Below are positions 18,432 to 30,547 of a stretch of DNA of 64,000 nt, in pieces. Location of the stretch: positions 1 through 64,000 of the IMG/VR virus record IMGVR_UViG_3300031965_000009; one strand, 5' to 3'. How positions within the stretch are numbered: the stretch's first letter is position 1; each line of letters begins with the position of its first letter. The notes beneath the pieces are model-generated. The model saw only the letters and a list, made by a program, of their open reading frames with translations. It ran no database searches and was not told the DNA's origin. The position numbers and the translations under genes were made by a program. This DNA comes from a virus. Taxonomy: Duplodnaviria > Caudoviricetes.

Positions 18432-20136
18432 TCATTCTCCTCTGAACATGTATCACGTATAATGTTTCTTGCTTCCTGCCCCTTGCTGGAACAAGAAATG
18501 ATAAACGCCTGTGGCATGCGCACTACCTGCGCATGCTTCTTGACCATGTCTTCGTAAACATATGCTTTCAGAAGCATTTCTCTGACCGTCTTGTCCGTAC
18601 CTGGGCAAACAGTTTGTATGTTTACTACGTCAAGGGCGTATTGCAATCTTGCCCTCTCTAACTCTGCCGCCAGCAGTTCGCTGGCAGACAGAGGTGATAG
18701 CATCAAGCCTGTCTGCGATACCAGTAAATCATTTACAGCCTGACGCTGGTCATGATATGGCTTGATATAATTTGTATATATACTCATAATGTTTCCTCAT
18801 TCCCCGCATGGGGTTCTAGTAACGACAATAAGATACTGATTACTTGTTTCTCTCACCTCCTGGTTGCTACTGTTACATGCCACCAGCACAGCCAGCATGA
18901 CGATGAGCATGACCTTTATCTTCGCCATGTCAACCTCGCAAGCCATGCGCCGGCCAGTCCAGCGGCAACGATAACTGGTAGAAGGGACGGGGAGAGGACT
19001 AACGAATACCCCATAATTAGGGCAAGGATATACGTTGCCAGCACGGCCATGCCCTCACCGTCGTCATCCCAAAGCATGGTAAACATCATGATCAATGAAG
19101 CCAGCAACCACATGATGCCCCATGAATTGTTAAGCTCATACATGGCCGCTGTGCCGAAGGCCATGATAATCATTGGTTGAATGAACCATCTTGTATTCAT
19201 GCTTCCGGCCCTCCATTGCTAATACCACGGAATAACCTGGCATTGGTGCGCATGCTTGCTCGTGCTACCATGCCCATGACCTTGTAGAAAATTAACAAGG
19301 CTATGATCATGGCCACAAGGTTAATGCCTATCATGGCAAGCATGTATAGGATAACAGATAGTAAAGTAATTGTTACAGTCATTGTCTAACCTCCATAAAA
19401 GATATACTGGTTACCGGCTATGAGATACAGCAAGCCAATAACTCTTAGTTTGAATTCACGCTCCTTGTCTTTTTCTGCAATACTCCCAAGAGTATTCAGA
19501 AGAGACAAGACTAGCAGGGCAATACCAAGAACATCAAACACTGTTTCCATTCTACATTTCTCCTTTAACTAATGCCCATGCTCAATGCGCAGAGCATGCA
19601 AGGCAATCTCCAATAAGACAGGCAACCACGGCCACTCCTCTCCCATGTAATACCTGGCCTGCATGTACAGCAGGCTAAGATTAAACAGCATGTCACACCT
19701 CCATTCAACCGGTACAGGACGGGCACTTGCATGTACCCCATGCCGCGCCATTAAAATACATCTTATGCTTTTGACTCACGACAAACTCGAGGCTATTCAG
19801 TTTTGGCTGGTTCCAGAACTTAATGCCGAGTGGTAGTAATCTTGCTATAGCCCCGACCTCAATCATGATGTTGGCAGGTATAATTATTACAGATGTGACA
19901 TCTTCACCTGCTTGGAACCACCAATCTTCAACGCTCACCATCTCACTGGATAACAGTCTTAGCACCACACCAAGCAGGACTTGCTCCATGTCGCTGACAG
20001 GTACGCGACGCTTGCGTTCAAGGCCGTACAGTCTTTCAACCTGCTTCACGCTTTCTTGTTCCAGGTCAACTACACTCAAACCATCAAACGATACTTTCAT
20101 TTCAACCTCCGTTATGCTAAACATATTGTATGCACG

Positions 20137-20493
20137 TTAAACTCTTGGGGCATTTTCAAACATGCACTTATTGTTATTTAAGACCTGCACTACTTCTCTG
20201 CACACATTATAAAACCCACCTCCTTCTATGCCGAACTCGCTCATATACTGTCTTAAGACTTCTCGGCTCCACCCCTCGTTGCTATTAAACCACACGAGTA
20301 ATGATGAATGCTTAGCCGCTCCCCTTTCTGGTCTTATACCAACCAACCTGTATTCACCACTGTTCATTATCTCTTCAAGCATGTCCTTGCTGAAGCAATA
20401 TCCAGTTTCGCATGGCCCAAGAAAGCGCATGTCTTTGCATGGTACGATAAGCTCGTACTCGTCATACCTTTTGCCAGTCTTTATAATGCTCAT
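20137..20493 (-). CDS. Cys-rich CxM-like protein (CMF)
   Basis: Third paralog of the 10317/10660 pair; ends NKCMFENAPRV. Confidence 0.65.
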   Translation of the reverse strand: MSIIKTGKRYDEYELIVPCKDMRFLGPCETGYCFSKDMLEEIMNSGEYRLVGIRPERGAAKHSSLLVWFNSNEGWSREVLRQYMSEFGIEGGGFYNVCREVVQVLNNNKCMFENAPRV

Positions 20494-20743
20494 GTTTCAC
20501 CCCCTTGCTCGTACCAGCCTGTTTCCTTCAATGCCTGGAATAGGTCAGGGAATTCATGCTCTCCGGCTGCTTGCATGGCAAGCTCTTGGTCGCCCAGCGA
20601 CCCAGATTTTTGACGCAGATATGGCCCTATTTCTTCTGCCTCTAGCCAGCGATTATACTGCCTGGGCTTCATGCCGCATGTGTGCTTGATGATATTCCCC
20701 TTTGGTACACGCCGCTGATTTCTATTGAGCTTGATGTACTTCG

Positions 20744-21307
20744 TCATGCTTTTCCTCCATAGTACATTTCTTTATACAGGAAATGCGCCATTCCAAGCGC
20801 TAGCACTGGGTCGGCATGGACAAGCTCGGTGATGTCATACCTACTTGCGTCAGGTACAAGCACCTGGAACATGACATCCTGTTCAAGCCCGACGACTACT
20901 ATGGGCATACACTGTGGTATGGCAAACTTCACCACACCATCATTTGTCCATGTAATGCTATTCATGTACACGGCCAGATATGGCTCGGGTATCTTGCGCC
21001 ACAAAGCATGGCGCATGTCTTCCCGGCTAAGTTCTTTCTGCTTGTTCCTGGCACGGGCATACTCATGCGTCAGGTATATGCGCTCTGCTGTCGCCAGCGG
21101 CGAGGGGTCATGCTTGCTCGACATGACGCATGTGTCTGCGACAGGCTCAAGGAATCTCCCGGTCGTGATAGCGACGATTTCGCCGTTGTCAAACATAACC
21201 ATTGTTAATTTTCCACTCCCAAAGCCCACGCTGAGGACCGTGCATGTCATGCCATAGTATTTACTGCCTGGGTTTGTATACGTATATCTATCCCCAATCT
21301 TCATCAT
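20744..21307 (-). CDS. KOW/SH3-like domain with internal CVM fused to a second domain
   Basis: MKIGDRYTY...DTCVMSSK followed by about 120 more residues. Confidence 0.6.
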   Translation of the reverse strand: MMKIGDRYTYTNPGSKYYGMTCTVLSVGFGSGKLTMVMFDNGEIVAITTGRFLEPVADTCVMSSKHDPSPLATAERIYLTHEYARARNKQKELSREDMRHALWRKIPEPYLAVYMNSITWTNDGVVKFAIPQCMPIVVVGLEQDVMFQVLVPDASRYDITELVHADPVLALGMAHFLYKEMYYGGKA

Positions 21308-22090
21308 TCACCTCCTAAACAATCTAATGCCACGCCATCATGTGTATTGGCCACATAGCACACCACATCACCATCCGTAAACCTGTTGACATCAACACCG
21401 CCGTCGGGATTGTTTATGTGATATATTGGCGGCGTTGTATCAATGTCGCTACCCGATCCCCAACTATCAAGCCCAATGACCGCAAATGCCAACACAACGA
21501 AAGCCAACACAACTATGACCACTATTATCAAGACACCCACCAAATCCTCTGTATCCATGTCATTCTCCTTTCCTGTTTACCAGGTAAATATCGGCTAGTA
21601 GTTCAAGCACAGGCTCATGCACTAGCTCTCGCAATTCATCAAAGCTCACGCCAGGCGAGACATGTATCCTTGCCCGGCTAGGGTGGCCTGGCAGGTACAC
21701 GGTTACATGCCCCTGCTCCTCGTCAATGTCCCATGCAAATTCGCCTGACAGCAGGTCGTCGAGCATGTCTGTTATGCTACTTACCATGTTCCACCCCCAT
21801 AGTTAGCAGCCCGGCCACTACCATGATAATGACCAGTAGTGCCAATGATTCCCCTGCTCCAATGAATGCAAGAAACAGGGACAATATAAGAACAAAGAAC
21901 ATGAATATAATCCATGCTACATACGGGTTCTTTCTTTTGTTCATGTTTTTCTCCTTAAACTAAGACATGTTCATGACCAGTCAACAAACCCGAACATGAC
22001 GCCCAAAAACACGAAGAACATGAGCAGGACAAACAAGCCTGCGCATACAATTTGCCAATCATTCATCATTATTTCTCCTTACTAACATGT

Positions 22091-22146
22091 AAATAAAAAC
22101 ATGAGCCATGCCTGATTAGCGTCGGAAAGGGTAGGCATGGCTCATG
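22091..22146 (-). terminator. Intrinsic terminator
   Basis: 14-bp perfect inverted repeat CATGAGCCATGCCT/AGGCATGGCTCATG, followed by TTTTTATTT on the minus strand. Confidence 0.7.
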
Positions 22147-22209
22147 AATCACGACGCAGGCCCTTGAGTACCAGACATGTCAGCATGTTAAGGTACACCT
22201 GCGGCGCAT

Positions 22210-22253
22210 GGGGCATGGAGGGGATTTGAACCCCTCGCTATTCCTGTCGTGCC
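22210..22253 (-). ncRNA. tRNA-like minihelix/remnant (acceptor stem + T arm only)
   Basis: GGGCACG...GAGGG GTTCAAAT CCCTC CATGCCC; only about 12 nt lie where the D and anticodon arms should be. Confidence 0.3.
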
Positions 22254-22256
22254 CGT

Positions 22257-22646
22257 TTATAACTCTTCGCTAATGGTAAGCTGCTCCGATACTATCTTTA
22301 CTTCATGTCCGTAATACCCATTATGTGCATTGTATGCAGCAAACTGCAATACCCCAATGTTGGTTTCAATGTCTACGAATATCGTGTTAATAAACTCATC
22401 ATCATCCGGGACGATGGGAAGTTTTGAATAGTCAGCGGCAACTCTTTTGATGGCAAGTACCTTTGCCCCGACGAAATCATTGGTGTTGTCATTTGTTGTC
22501 ATGTAACCCCACTCCTCGCAACAAAGCTGGAAACTCTCCACCAGGAATTTTATTACTTGCTTACTCGTGGTTATTGCATACCCACTAAGCCCGTCAAAAC
22601 CACTGCCCTCCTCAATTTCTTCTATGCTCAATATGTGTTCTGTCAT
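22257..22646 (-). CDS. Hypothetical phage protein
   Basis: CCEEWGY...FAAYNAHNGYYGH resembles a widespread phage hypothetical family (from recall). Confidence 0.6.
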   Translation of the reverse strand: MTEHILSIEEIEEGSGFDGLSGYAITTSKQVIKFLVESFQLCCEEWGYMTTNDNTNDFVGAKVLAIKRVAADYSKLPIVPDDDEFINTIFVDIETNIGVLQFAAYNAHNGYYGHEVKIVSEQLTISEEL

Positions 22647-25600
22647 GTCATTTCTCCTTAAAGCTATTCCCTGTCTTAAAAGTAAAAGATGGACAGGATA
22701 AATAATAAAAGCATTAAGAGCATGAACATGCTCAGGTAAACATGCTCTTTCTTTTTCTTCTTTCTGTTAATCATGTTCACGCTCATGACGTTAAAGCATG
22801 TACGAAAGTAGCACGACAATGCCAATAGCCATGCCAACCAAAACTAACAATTCTAATCTCTTGTACTTCCACAGCCATGACATGAAATCATGAATAAAAA
22901 ACCATGCATCCAAGGCTGGATCAACGAGCGCAACAAGCAGCGCACCGATCACCACCACCCCAGCCGTTGCGAGGATTGGTGAGATCACTAACCACCATGA
23001 CCATTCAATGATCCCCAAAAGTTTGAATGCAATAAACATTAGTTGCAACCAATCTGTAAAGCCCATGCCCTTACCCCCGCCAATTGTTATTATTTTCTTG
23101 TCAGACATTTCATTTCTCCTTGTTCATGCTCATGCCAGGAAACAAGACATGAGCATGATATATAAAATAGATTCATGCCACCCCGTACTGCCCTTTGGGC
23201 ATGGGTACGACCTGGACATGCAGGATATCCTGCATGATGCCTTCCAACCAGGGGTCATGCTCGCCGACAAGCAAGACTGTGGCCTGCTTGTCTTGCCCTT
23301 CCTCGAACTTGGCCACATACCTATCGAGCATTTGCATGAAGGCAGTAATCCATGCCAGGGTTTGAGCCTCGGTCTTGGGCTTTGGGTCTGTGAAAACGAA
23401 TGCTTCATATGTGAATAGTTTCTTTGACTCAGTCATGTTCTTTCCTCCTTAATATCATCCCGCTCGGTAAATAACGCATCTGGAAATGACACAATCAATG
23501 ACCCATTCTCGTCTAGGGCCACCTGCGTTGGCTCCCCTATGCCATCTGTCAGTGCCGTTACCATGCGCCATGCCCCTTCGGGCATGTCAAGCTGATTGAC
23601 CTTTGTGCGTTTGCTGTTCATGTCCTTTCTCCATTCTCTTGTATATCTCGCACAGGAATTCCAAACTAATTACAAGGCTGGCATACTCGCCATCTGACGA
23701 ATCAAATATCAGGCATGGCCCATCATGACCGGTAATGTGACATGTGGCATTGTTGAATTCAAGGTGATACTTGTTGCCATATCCTCCACCATGACGCACG
23801 CCAGAAAGATACGAAGCTGTATCCATGCCCAATGTATATTTTATTCGCCTGTTCTTGACCCTACCTCTCTCGTTTTCGGGGAGGAGATAGCTGTCGCAAG
23901 CCATGAACTGTATGTTAATGCCAAAATAAAATCCTGGCCCCAGCTTGTTGCGTATTTCATCCTCTGTGGAACCATATGCCTCTTTTGCCTCGGCATAGGT
24001 TGTCTCTCCGGGCATTGTTGCATAGGCTTCGTGAGTATGGGCAATCTCCCCATCATACCAGTCTTCTTCTGTGATGTCTTTCCACTCCTCGGTAAAGCCT
24101 ACTAATTCCTTGACCATTTTCATGGCGTCGTTCCATGCCTTGTCTGTATTCATATATCTTTCAACATATTCGCTAATCATTGTCTTTCTCCTTATTAAAT
24201 GCCTGTGTCCAAGCCCTGGATTTTCTGCGATCTTCAAGCAATTCATCTAACACTGTCTTGTCGTCAAGCGTAAGTTCGGCTACTGTGTACCTCCAATAAT
24301 TCATCTCCTTTATGAACGATTGCGGTATGCTTTCGTCCGTGAATACACCAATAATCTCAGTCCCGTCACTCATGCCACCGCTTGGCGAACCATCCTCATA
24401 TAAGACATGTACTTTCATGATTCATTCTCCTTAATATCATAAACCTTATATAGAAACATCGGCACATGCTTCATGCACATGCCGCCGTCATGTCAACCGA
24501 TAAATGTTGCCCTAGCCGTCAGGTACTCGAATAACTCACTGACCTTGCCGTTCTTGACTATGAACGAGGTCTTTTCTTTCAAGCCTTGCGCCGTGCGCAT
24601 GATAATGCTCATGCCCATGCGCCCGTCATCAAGCTGGCACACGTAGAAGAACTTGTTAGGCGTGCGCCATGAATTGCTTTGCCATTTCTGCGTCGGGCCA
24701 TTGCTTTCCAGGCAATCATGTATGGCCTGAGCATCTGTTGTGTGCTTGACCACGCTATGCTCGCACCATGACACGGCCAGGCATTGCATTGCCCCGCTTG
24801 CTACCGGTAGGACGACAGCAAATATAAGAGCAAGCAGAATAATGACAACAACAACAGGGTTAAGAACAAGCCTAAACGGTGCAGACAGTATGTCAGTCAT
24901 GCCGTACACCTGTACCACCACTGTTCAAACATGCTGGCCTCTTCGACATGCTCTCCATCAATGCTGAACCCTTCGCCACGGCGCATGAACAGCATGTAGC
25001 ATGCCCATGCAATCACTAATACAATCAATAATACTTTAATCATTATCATTCTCCTTTATGCTAAACTATATCATGCCGCATGTACTTATTAGGCACATGA
25101 AGCGCCACTCATTATGTTCTCAATCTTCTCCCAGACCAATGGGTTATACTCGTCACGCTTGCTTCTTCCAAGCACACCCCATCGTAGCTGCGATGCAAGA
25201 CAGGGCTTATTGGATACGGTTTCAGAGGCTACGATAGCAGTCTCTTTACCAAGCATTGTCCCCACCGTTACGCTAAGAAATATGTCAACGACAGCACCAT
25301 GCTTAACCAATACGTCGTTCAGGTCACTAGCAAGTGCATCATAATCCCCCTGCCACCTAAACCGAGAACCAGAGCATATGGCATGTGCGACTTCATGTAC
25401 GTCATCAACTGTCATTGGCAGTGGTTGCAATTTGCCGGACGTTACGTCGAGCTTGTTTAGGTTTATGCCGTGCTGTTGCTTGCCGCTCCTAATGTCAATG
25501 GCTTGACCGGGAAAGAAAGTCAATGAGCATTCCTCTCGGTCTATGCTTGATACATAGCCCACACCCTTACATATGTTCCCCTCCCATGATACCTTGTCAC

Positions 25601-26199
25601 CTAATTTATATTTCATGTTCAACTCTCCTTTATACCTTGCTTGTTTATCTTGCCATGACTGCCTGCCCTGGCATTCTTGGCCTTGCGTGTACGCTTTCTT
25701 GTATCGTACACGTACACTCTGCCATCATGCGTCTCTAACGCTTTTCCCCTATTGTACACCAGCTTGCCCATGAGCCTGGCGCTGGTCGAATCCATGGGGA
25801 TAAGGACATTGGCTGACCTGTTGCCGCGTGATAGCTTTATGTATGCCTGACCTGTAACATGGTTGACCTTTTCTTCCTGCGTGTCGTTTGCGAAGCGACG
25901 ACTCATGCCTCATGCTCCTTGTAATTCTAAGAACTTGATAGCACAAAATACAAGCCATGTCATCATGATGCACATGAAAGCGAACATTGATAGACCAAAA
26001 CCAACTGATTTTGTGGTTGCGTCCACGGCCTCCGCTGCCATGAGAAACCAGGCCACGCACATAACCAACCAAAACCCCGAGACCATTATAAGAATAATCA
26101 TTTTACATTCTCCTTTAACTTTATTAACATGCTTCATGCTTCTTGCTTTTATTCTTTTTCTTTTAACATGTTTAACACGTTTAACATGCTACATGCTTT

Positions 26200-26928
26200 C
26201 TAGTCCTCCATGTACGCAGCCATAACCTGCCGGGCATGTTCACGAGCCAGATCAAGGCTAGTGTCTGGGAATACCATAGTCAACGAGCCATCAGACTCTA
26301 CGATTACCTGCGTTGGCTCATCATAAGCCGCTTCAAAGCCCCAAATTGTTCCTACCGAGCCATCCTGTCTCATGTTCACGCAATACTGCCTTGCCCCTTC
26401 GGGGACAGGGCCGACATGCTCTCGAGCAAGAGCATGTTGCGAGCATGTATTCCCTGATAATGTTGTTATGTTCTTGGTTTCGTTCAGGTGCTCAAGCATG
26501 GCGGCATGGCATAGCTTTACGTGCTTTTCTCGCTCTTTGTGTTTATCGTCGTAGAGCCACACTGCGTGGATCGCCGTATTTGAGACATTGTACGCGCCTC
26601 TGGCCACAACTATGGAATTCACATCAAGAGACGCCACCGCATTGGCCCTCTCGGTAGCGATGCGAACCCAGCCATCATAATCTTTTGATCGGTCTTGCCT
26701 TGCTATTCCCTTGGCTTGTTCAATAAACTTAAACGCCAACTCCACCACGGTGTCTCGTGGCAGGTAATTAAGCGCAAACCATATTAACCAATCATCTTCT
26801 TGACATGCAGACCATGCCTCTTCCCAATCCGCTCCGTCAGGGAAAGTACGCTTGAACCATTTCCTTGCAGGCTTACATGCTTTATCGCCTGACGGCATGT
26901 GCTTAAGTAACTTATTTGTTATTAACAT
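26200..26928 (-). CDS. Hypothetical phage protein
   Basis: N-terminal AC...WF motif; C-terminal EPTQV...DGSL motif shared with 23433-23621. Confidence 0.6.
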   Translation of the reverse strand: MLITNKLLKHMPSGDKACKPARKWFKRTFPDGADWEEAWSACQEDDWLIWFALNYLPRDTVVELAFKFIEQAKGIARQDRSKDYDGWVRIATERANAVASLDVNSIVVARGAYNVSNTAIHAVWLYDDKHKEREKHVKLCHAAMLEHLNETKNITTLSGNTCSQHALAREHVGPVPEGARQYCVNMRQDGSVGTIWGFEAAYDEPTQVIVESDGSLTMVFPDTSLDLAREHARQVMAAYMED

Positions 26929-26938
26929 TTCATTTCTC

Positions 26939-27382
26939 CTATGCTAATGTCCAGACATGCACATTGTCTGGTAATACGCTGATAATATTTTCCACATGCT
27001 CCATGCTCATGCCTCCATAGCCTATTCCAGGGTAGGGCATGTGAATGATTGAATATTTTTCGCAGTATGCTAGTAAAACATTAACCGAGAAACGTATGAT
27101 ATCCTCGCTTGACTTGTCTCTGTAATGCTTCTTGGTTTGGAATGCACCAACATTACCACTACCGATGATCACGCCATAGTTACCCTTGTATGTGCTTGGC
27201 TTGGCTATGATAACCTGTCCTATCTCTTTATCCAGACCTGGAAACATGTCCCTGGCCTGCTTGGCACTGCCTGCGCCCATAACCAGCCTGCCATCCTTGA
27301 CCACGTTATTAGCTGTGAACAAGAATAGCATGTCAGGGGCGGTCGTGTATTCATGCCACATGTTACCTACCTGTCTAAGCAT
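26939..27382 (-). CDS. Macrodomain (ADP-ribose binding/hydrolase)
   Basis: TANN...LVMGAGSAK and MPYPGIGYGG macrodomain loops. Confidence 0.8.
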   Translation of the reverse strand: MLRQVGNMWHEYTTAPDMLFLFTANNVVKDGRLVMGAGSAKQARDMFPGLDKEIGQVIIAKPSTYKGNYGVIIGSGNVGAFQTKKHYRDKSSEDIIRFSVNVLLAYCEKYSIIHMPYPGIGYGGMSMEHVENIISVLPDNVHVWTLA

Positions 27383-29965
27383 GTTCTTCTCCTCTGACGT
27401 ATTGTTTCATCTGTTCTAAGATTTCACGTGGTAATTGGTGCGAGCGTATGACTGGGTTATCCCAACCAAGCCTTAGAACCACCTCATCTTCCCCGGTTCC
27501 GCCTCCAATGCCAGAATTAATCTCTATGCCAGTTCCAGCCGGCAAGCCATGCGGAAGAAATCTGTCAAACACCGACCCCAACCAAATGTCCCCTTCCCAG
27601 CCCGCCAAGCCATGCAAGGCTACTATACCACCAATCAATATGTCATGAGCATCAAACTCTACTGGCTCATGATTGTCAAAAGTAAATGTCAGGTTCATTG
27701 TCTTACCTCCGTTATGATATTCATGCCATGCCTGTCAAGATCATGATGCCGATAAGCAAGAGCATGATAGCTGCAACTGCCATTACATAGCAACCAAATT
27801 GTTTCTCGTTCATTATGCTGGCTCCACCCATGCAAAGCATATCTCGCTAATACTGTAAAACCAATCCAACCAACCAACGGCATCCTTCCAGGTTGGCATT
27901 TCGTACAAGCATGTATCGCCACCATAATATATAACTTTAACTATAAACATGCTTCACCTCCTGTCATGTCCGGCATGGTTCCATGCTTCTTCATTTCACT
28001 CATTGCCATACCCCAGGCATCCATGACAGCATATTTGCTATCATGGTTTTTCCATGCCTCTTTCTTCTTGGGCATGACATGGCCAGGCATTCTCTTTTGA
28101 TTACGTTTAAGATATATTGCTTGCTTCATTTCATTTCTCCTTTATGTATAAAATCCATATTCTGTGATTGCATCAATAAGAAGGTCTATGATTTCCACGA
28201 TCTCCTCCTTGTCTTTGCCAACGAGCATATCTGCTACGGCATTCGTATCAAGTGGGTCTACTGCATCACCGTATTTTTTAATCCAATTATCGAACATGTC
28301 CATTCTCCTTATAACTAAGCAAACACATTACGAGCAACCCCATGCCGGTATAACACACCCGGCCCATCTAACATAGCCGTTACCGAACATGGCCCAACCA
28401 TCACCGCTATAATCTACGCTGTTGTGGTCGTCCACCCAACATGCAGCATAGCAAAAATCAATACGTACACTGCCATCATCGGCGAACATGTGCACGTTCA
28501 CCTGCCCTGCCAGAAGCGAGAGCATGATTATCAACAGGATAACAAGCTTCATGTTTCATTCTCCTTTGTACTAGCAAGCTAAAATAATTTTGCATGTAAA
28601 GCGTACTGTTCGGCCGCAGTTTTTTCTTTAGGCGTGAAGGCTTCGTCGGCCGATATGCTTGGGAGGATTACTGTGAAATCCTTATAATCCTCATTGTAAT
28701 ACACCATGATATTGCCGGTCGTGCACTCCATAAGCCCTCCGTCGCCCATGTACACTTGCAGTTCAACATTCCCATCTTGATTGACTGGAACTTCATAGTA
28801 CGTGCCATGATCTTTCGGCATGTCAATAACTGTTTTTCTGATCATGTGTGGTTGTTGATTGCGAAAACTAACTGCAAGCTCTCTTGCCTTTTGCGATGCT
28901 GTTTTTTCTAACATGTTCATTCTCCTTTATGCCTCCTGAAATATAAAAGCCCATGCCACATGGGAGACTTCATGCTGCATGGGCATGAAGCATGGTTATC
29001 GTACATGCACCGGGTCGAGACATGTCCCGGACGCCAGTCCTGTGATTCACCTGGTTCTCGTGAGGGGGTAGAGTTTACAGGTTACTCAGGACGAGGGCTT
29101 GTGCCCCTCACCTGCTCTCGGTAGCGTACATGCCTGACCGTTATGCTGGCTACTTAATAGCTTGCAGAAAAGTTTTTGCCATGTACGCCATACTCATGTT
29201 GTCACTTGTCATGTGACATACTACTAGACGTATTCTTTTGTGCGTTATATGCACACACCGTTATATCAAAAATGATAAAACGTGCATATTAATACCCCGC
29301 AATTTTTCATGCGTCATGCCCCGGCCTTGCTAGGGCCAGCGCATGAGCCATTCTGGATGGCGAAGGTGTATATTGGCAGCATGGTAAGGCATACCATGTC
29401 TTCAGCGCAGGGACGGCGTGCTCATGCACGACCGAGTGTTCGGGTTGTGTGCATGTCGGCCTCTGTGTGGGCGGAGTGAAGTCATGCAAGCATGACTCTG
29501 TAGCAGTGCGGCTACAATCCGTGTGCGCCTAGCTCTTTTGTCTCTACATGGGGTGTTCCTCACCGCCACGCCAGCTTATGATTTCGCCGACGTTCTCTAT
29601 GACTTAAACCACTCGCCTCATCCTGGTACGCCTCTTACGCCTGTTCGTTTTGTCGCTTGGTGAATTACGCTAGTTCGTTGTGTGCATTCTTATGCACCAT
29701 GCTTACAAACCCATGCACGCATTTGTCGTTTCCTAGCTACACAGTCACACGACAGAGTGTAGGCTGGCAATTTCTGTACCATTCAGCACATGATCTGAAA
29801 TCATGTTGCGCTCTGGTGTCATGCCTGTTACATGTGCATGTAAAGGTCATGCGTCTCAAGAGATTGAGTCAACTTTTGTCAAGTATGTGACGAGCAGTTG
29901 ACGCTCATTGTGTGTGCATATAACATGTAAAAAGGTCATGAAAAATGACCCAACCACGCGCCATC

Positions 29966-30015
29966 TATGCGTGTACATGTGCGCATGTGTACGCGCGTGC
30001 ATGTGTGCGTGCATG
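29966..30015. repeat. 50-nt perfect alternating purine/pyrimidine tract
   Basis: TATGCGTGTACATGTGCGCATGTGTACGCGCGTGCATGTGTGCGTGCATG. Confidence 0.85.
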
Positions 30016-30358
30016 AGAGAGGGCATGGTGTCATGTGTACACTATCTGTACTCGTGAGAGTACTGGCTGATAGTGTACATTTTCTGATTGGAGTCAATCA
30101 GGGGATAGGGGAAAGAAAAGGATTGGAGACAATCCCTACTCCCTTCCCCACCCAACATTTTAACAGGTTTTTTATCGGAGTCAACCCCCAAAAAGGAAAG
30201 GGAGGGAAAATGAAGGGAAAACAGCAACAGCCAGAACGGCCGATAATTTTTGCCCTTCCTATTAAATAGAAAAGGGGGAATTTAACCGGGGTTAACATTT
30301 TTTGAACCGACGTTCAGTTCTTCAGCCTCTTAAAATAGCAGAAAATTCTAGCCAATGC

Positions 30359-30397
30359 TGTAAAGTAGTTTACAAAAAAACTGTAAAATGCTTTACA
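30359..30397. promoter_or_regulatory. Two tandem palindromic operators, TGTAAA-N4-TTTACA
   Basis: Copies at 30359-30374 and 30382-30397, upstream of ORF 30548. Confidence 0.55.
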
Positions 30398-30547
30398 GCA
30401 ATGGGTATTGATTGGCTGTATTGTATTGGCAACTGACCGACAAACGGCCGATAGCTAGACAACCTTAACAACAGAATATGACCTATAGATTAATGGTTGG
30501 CATTATTATTTTAATGTTTTTGTGCGATAACACTATCGCTTATCCTT

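Larger units (their letters stand above)
18428..29000 (-). other. Array of about 30 short leftward hypothetical genes, several predicted membrane proteins
   Basis: Closely packed ORFs with a recurrent AAGGAGAATGAAACATG-like RBS/start. Confidence 0.7.

Noticed and set aside
22210-22253. Functional tRNA gene
   Set aside because: No anticodon or D arm; retained only as a tRNA-like element.
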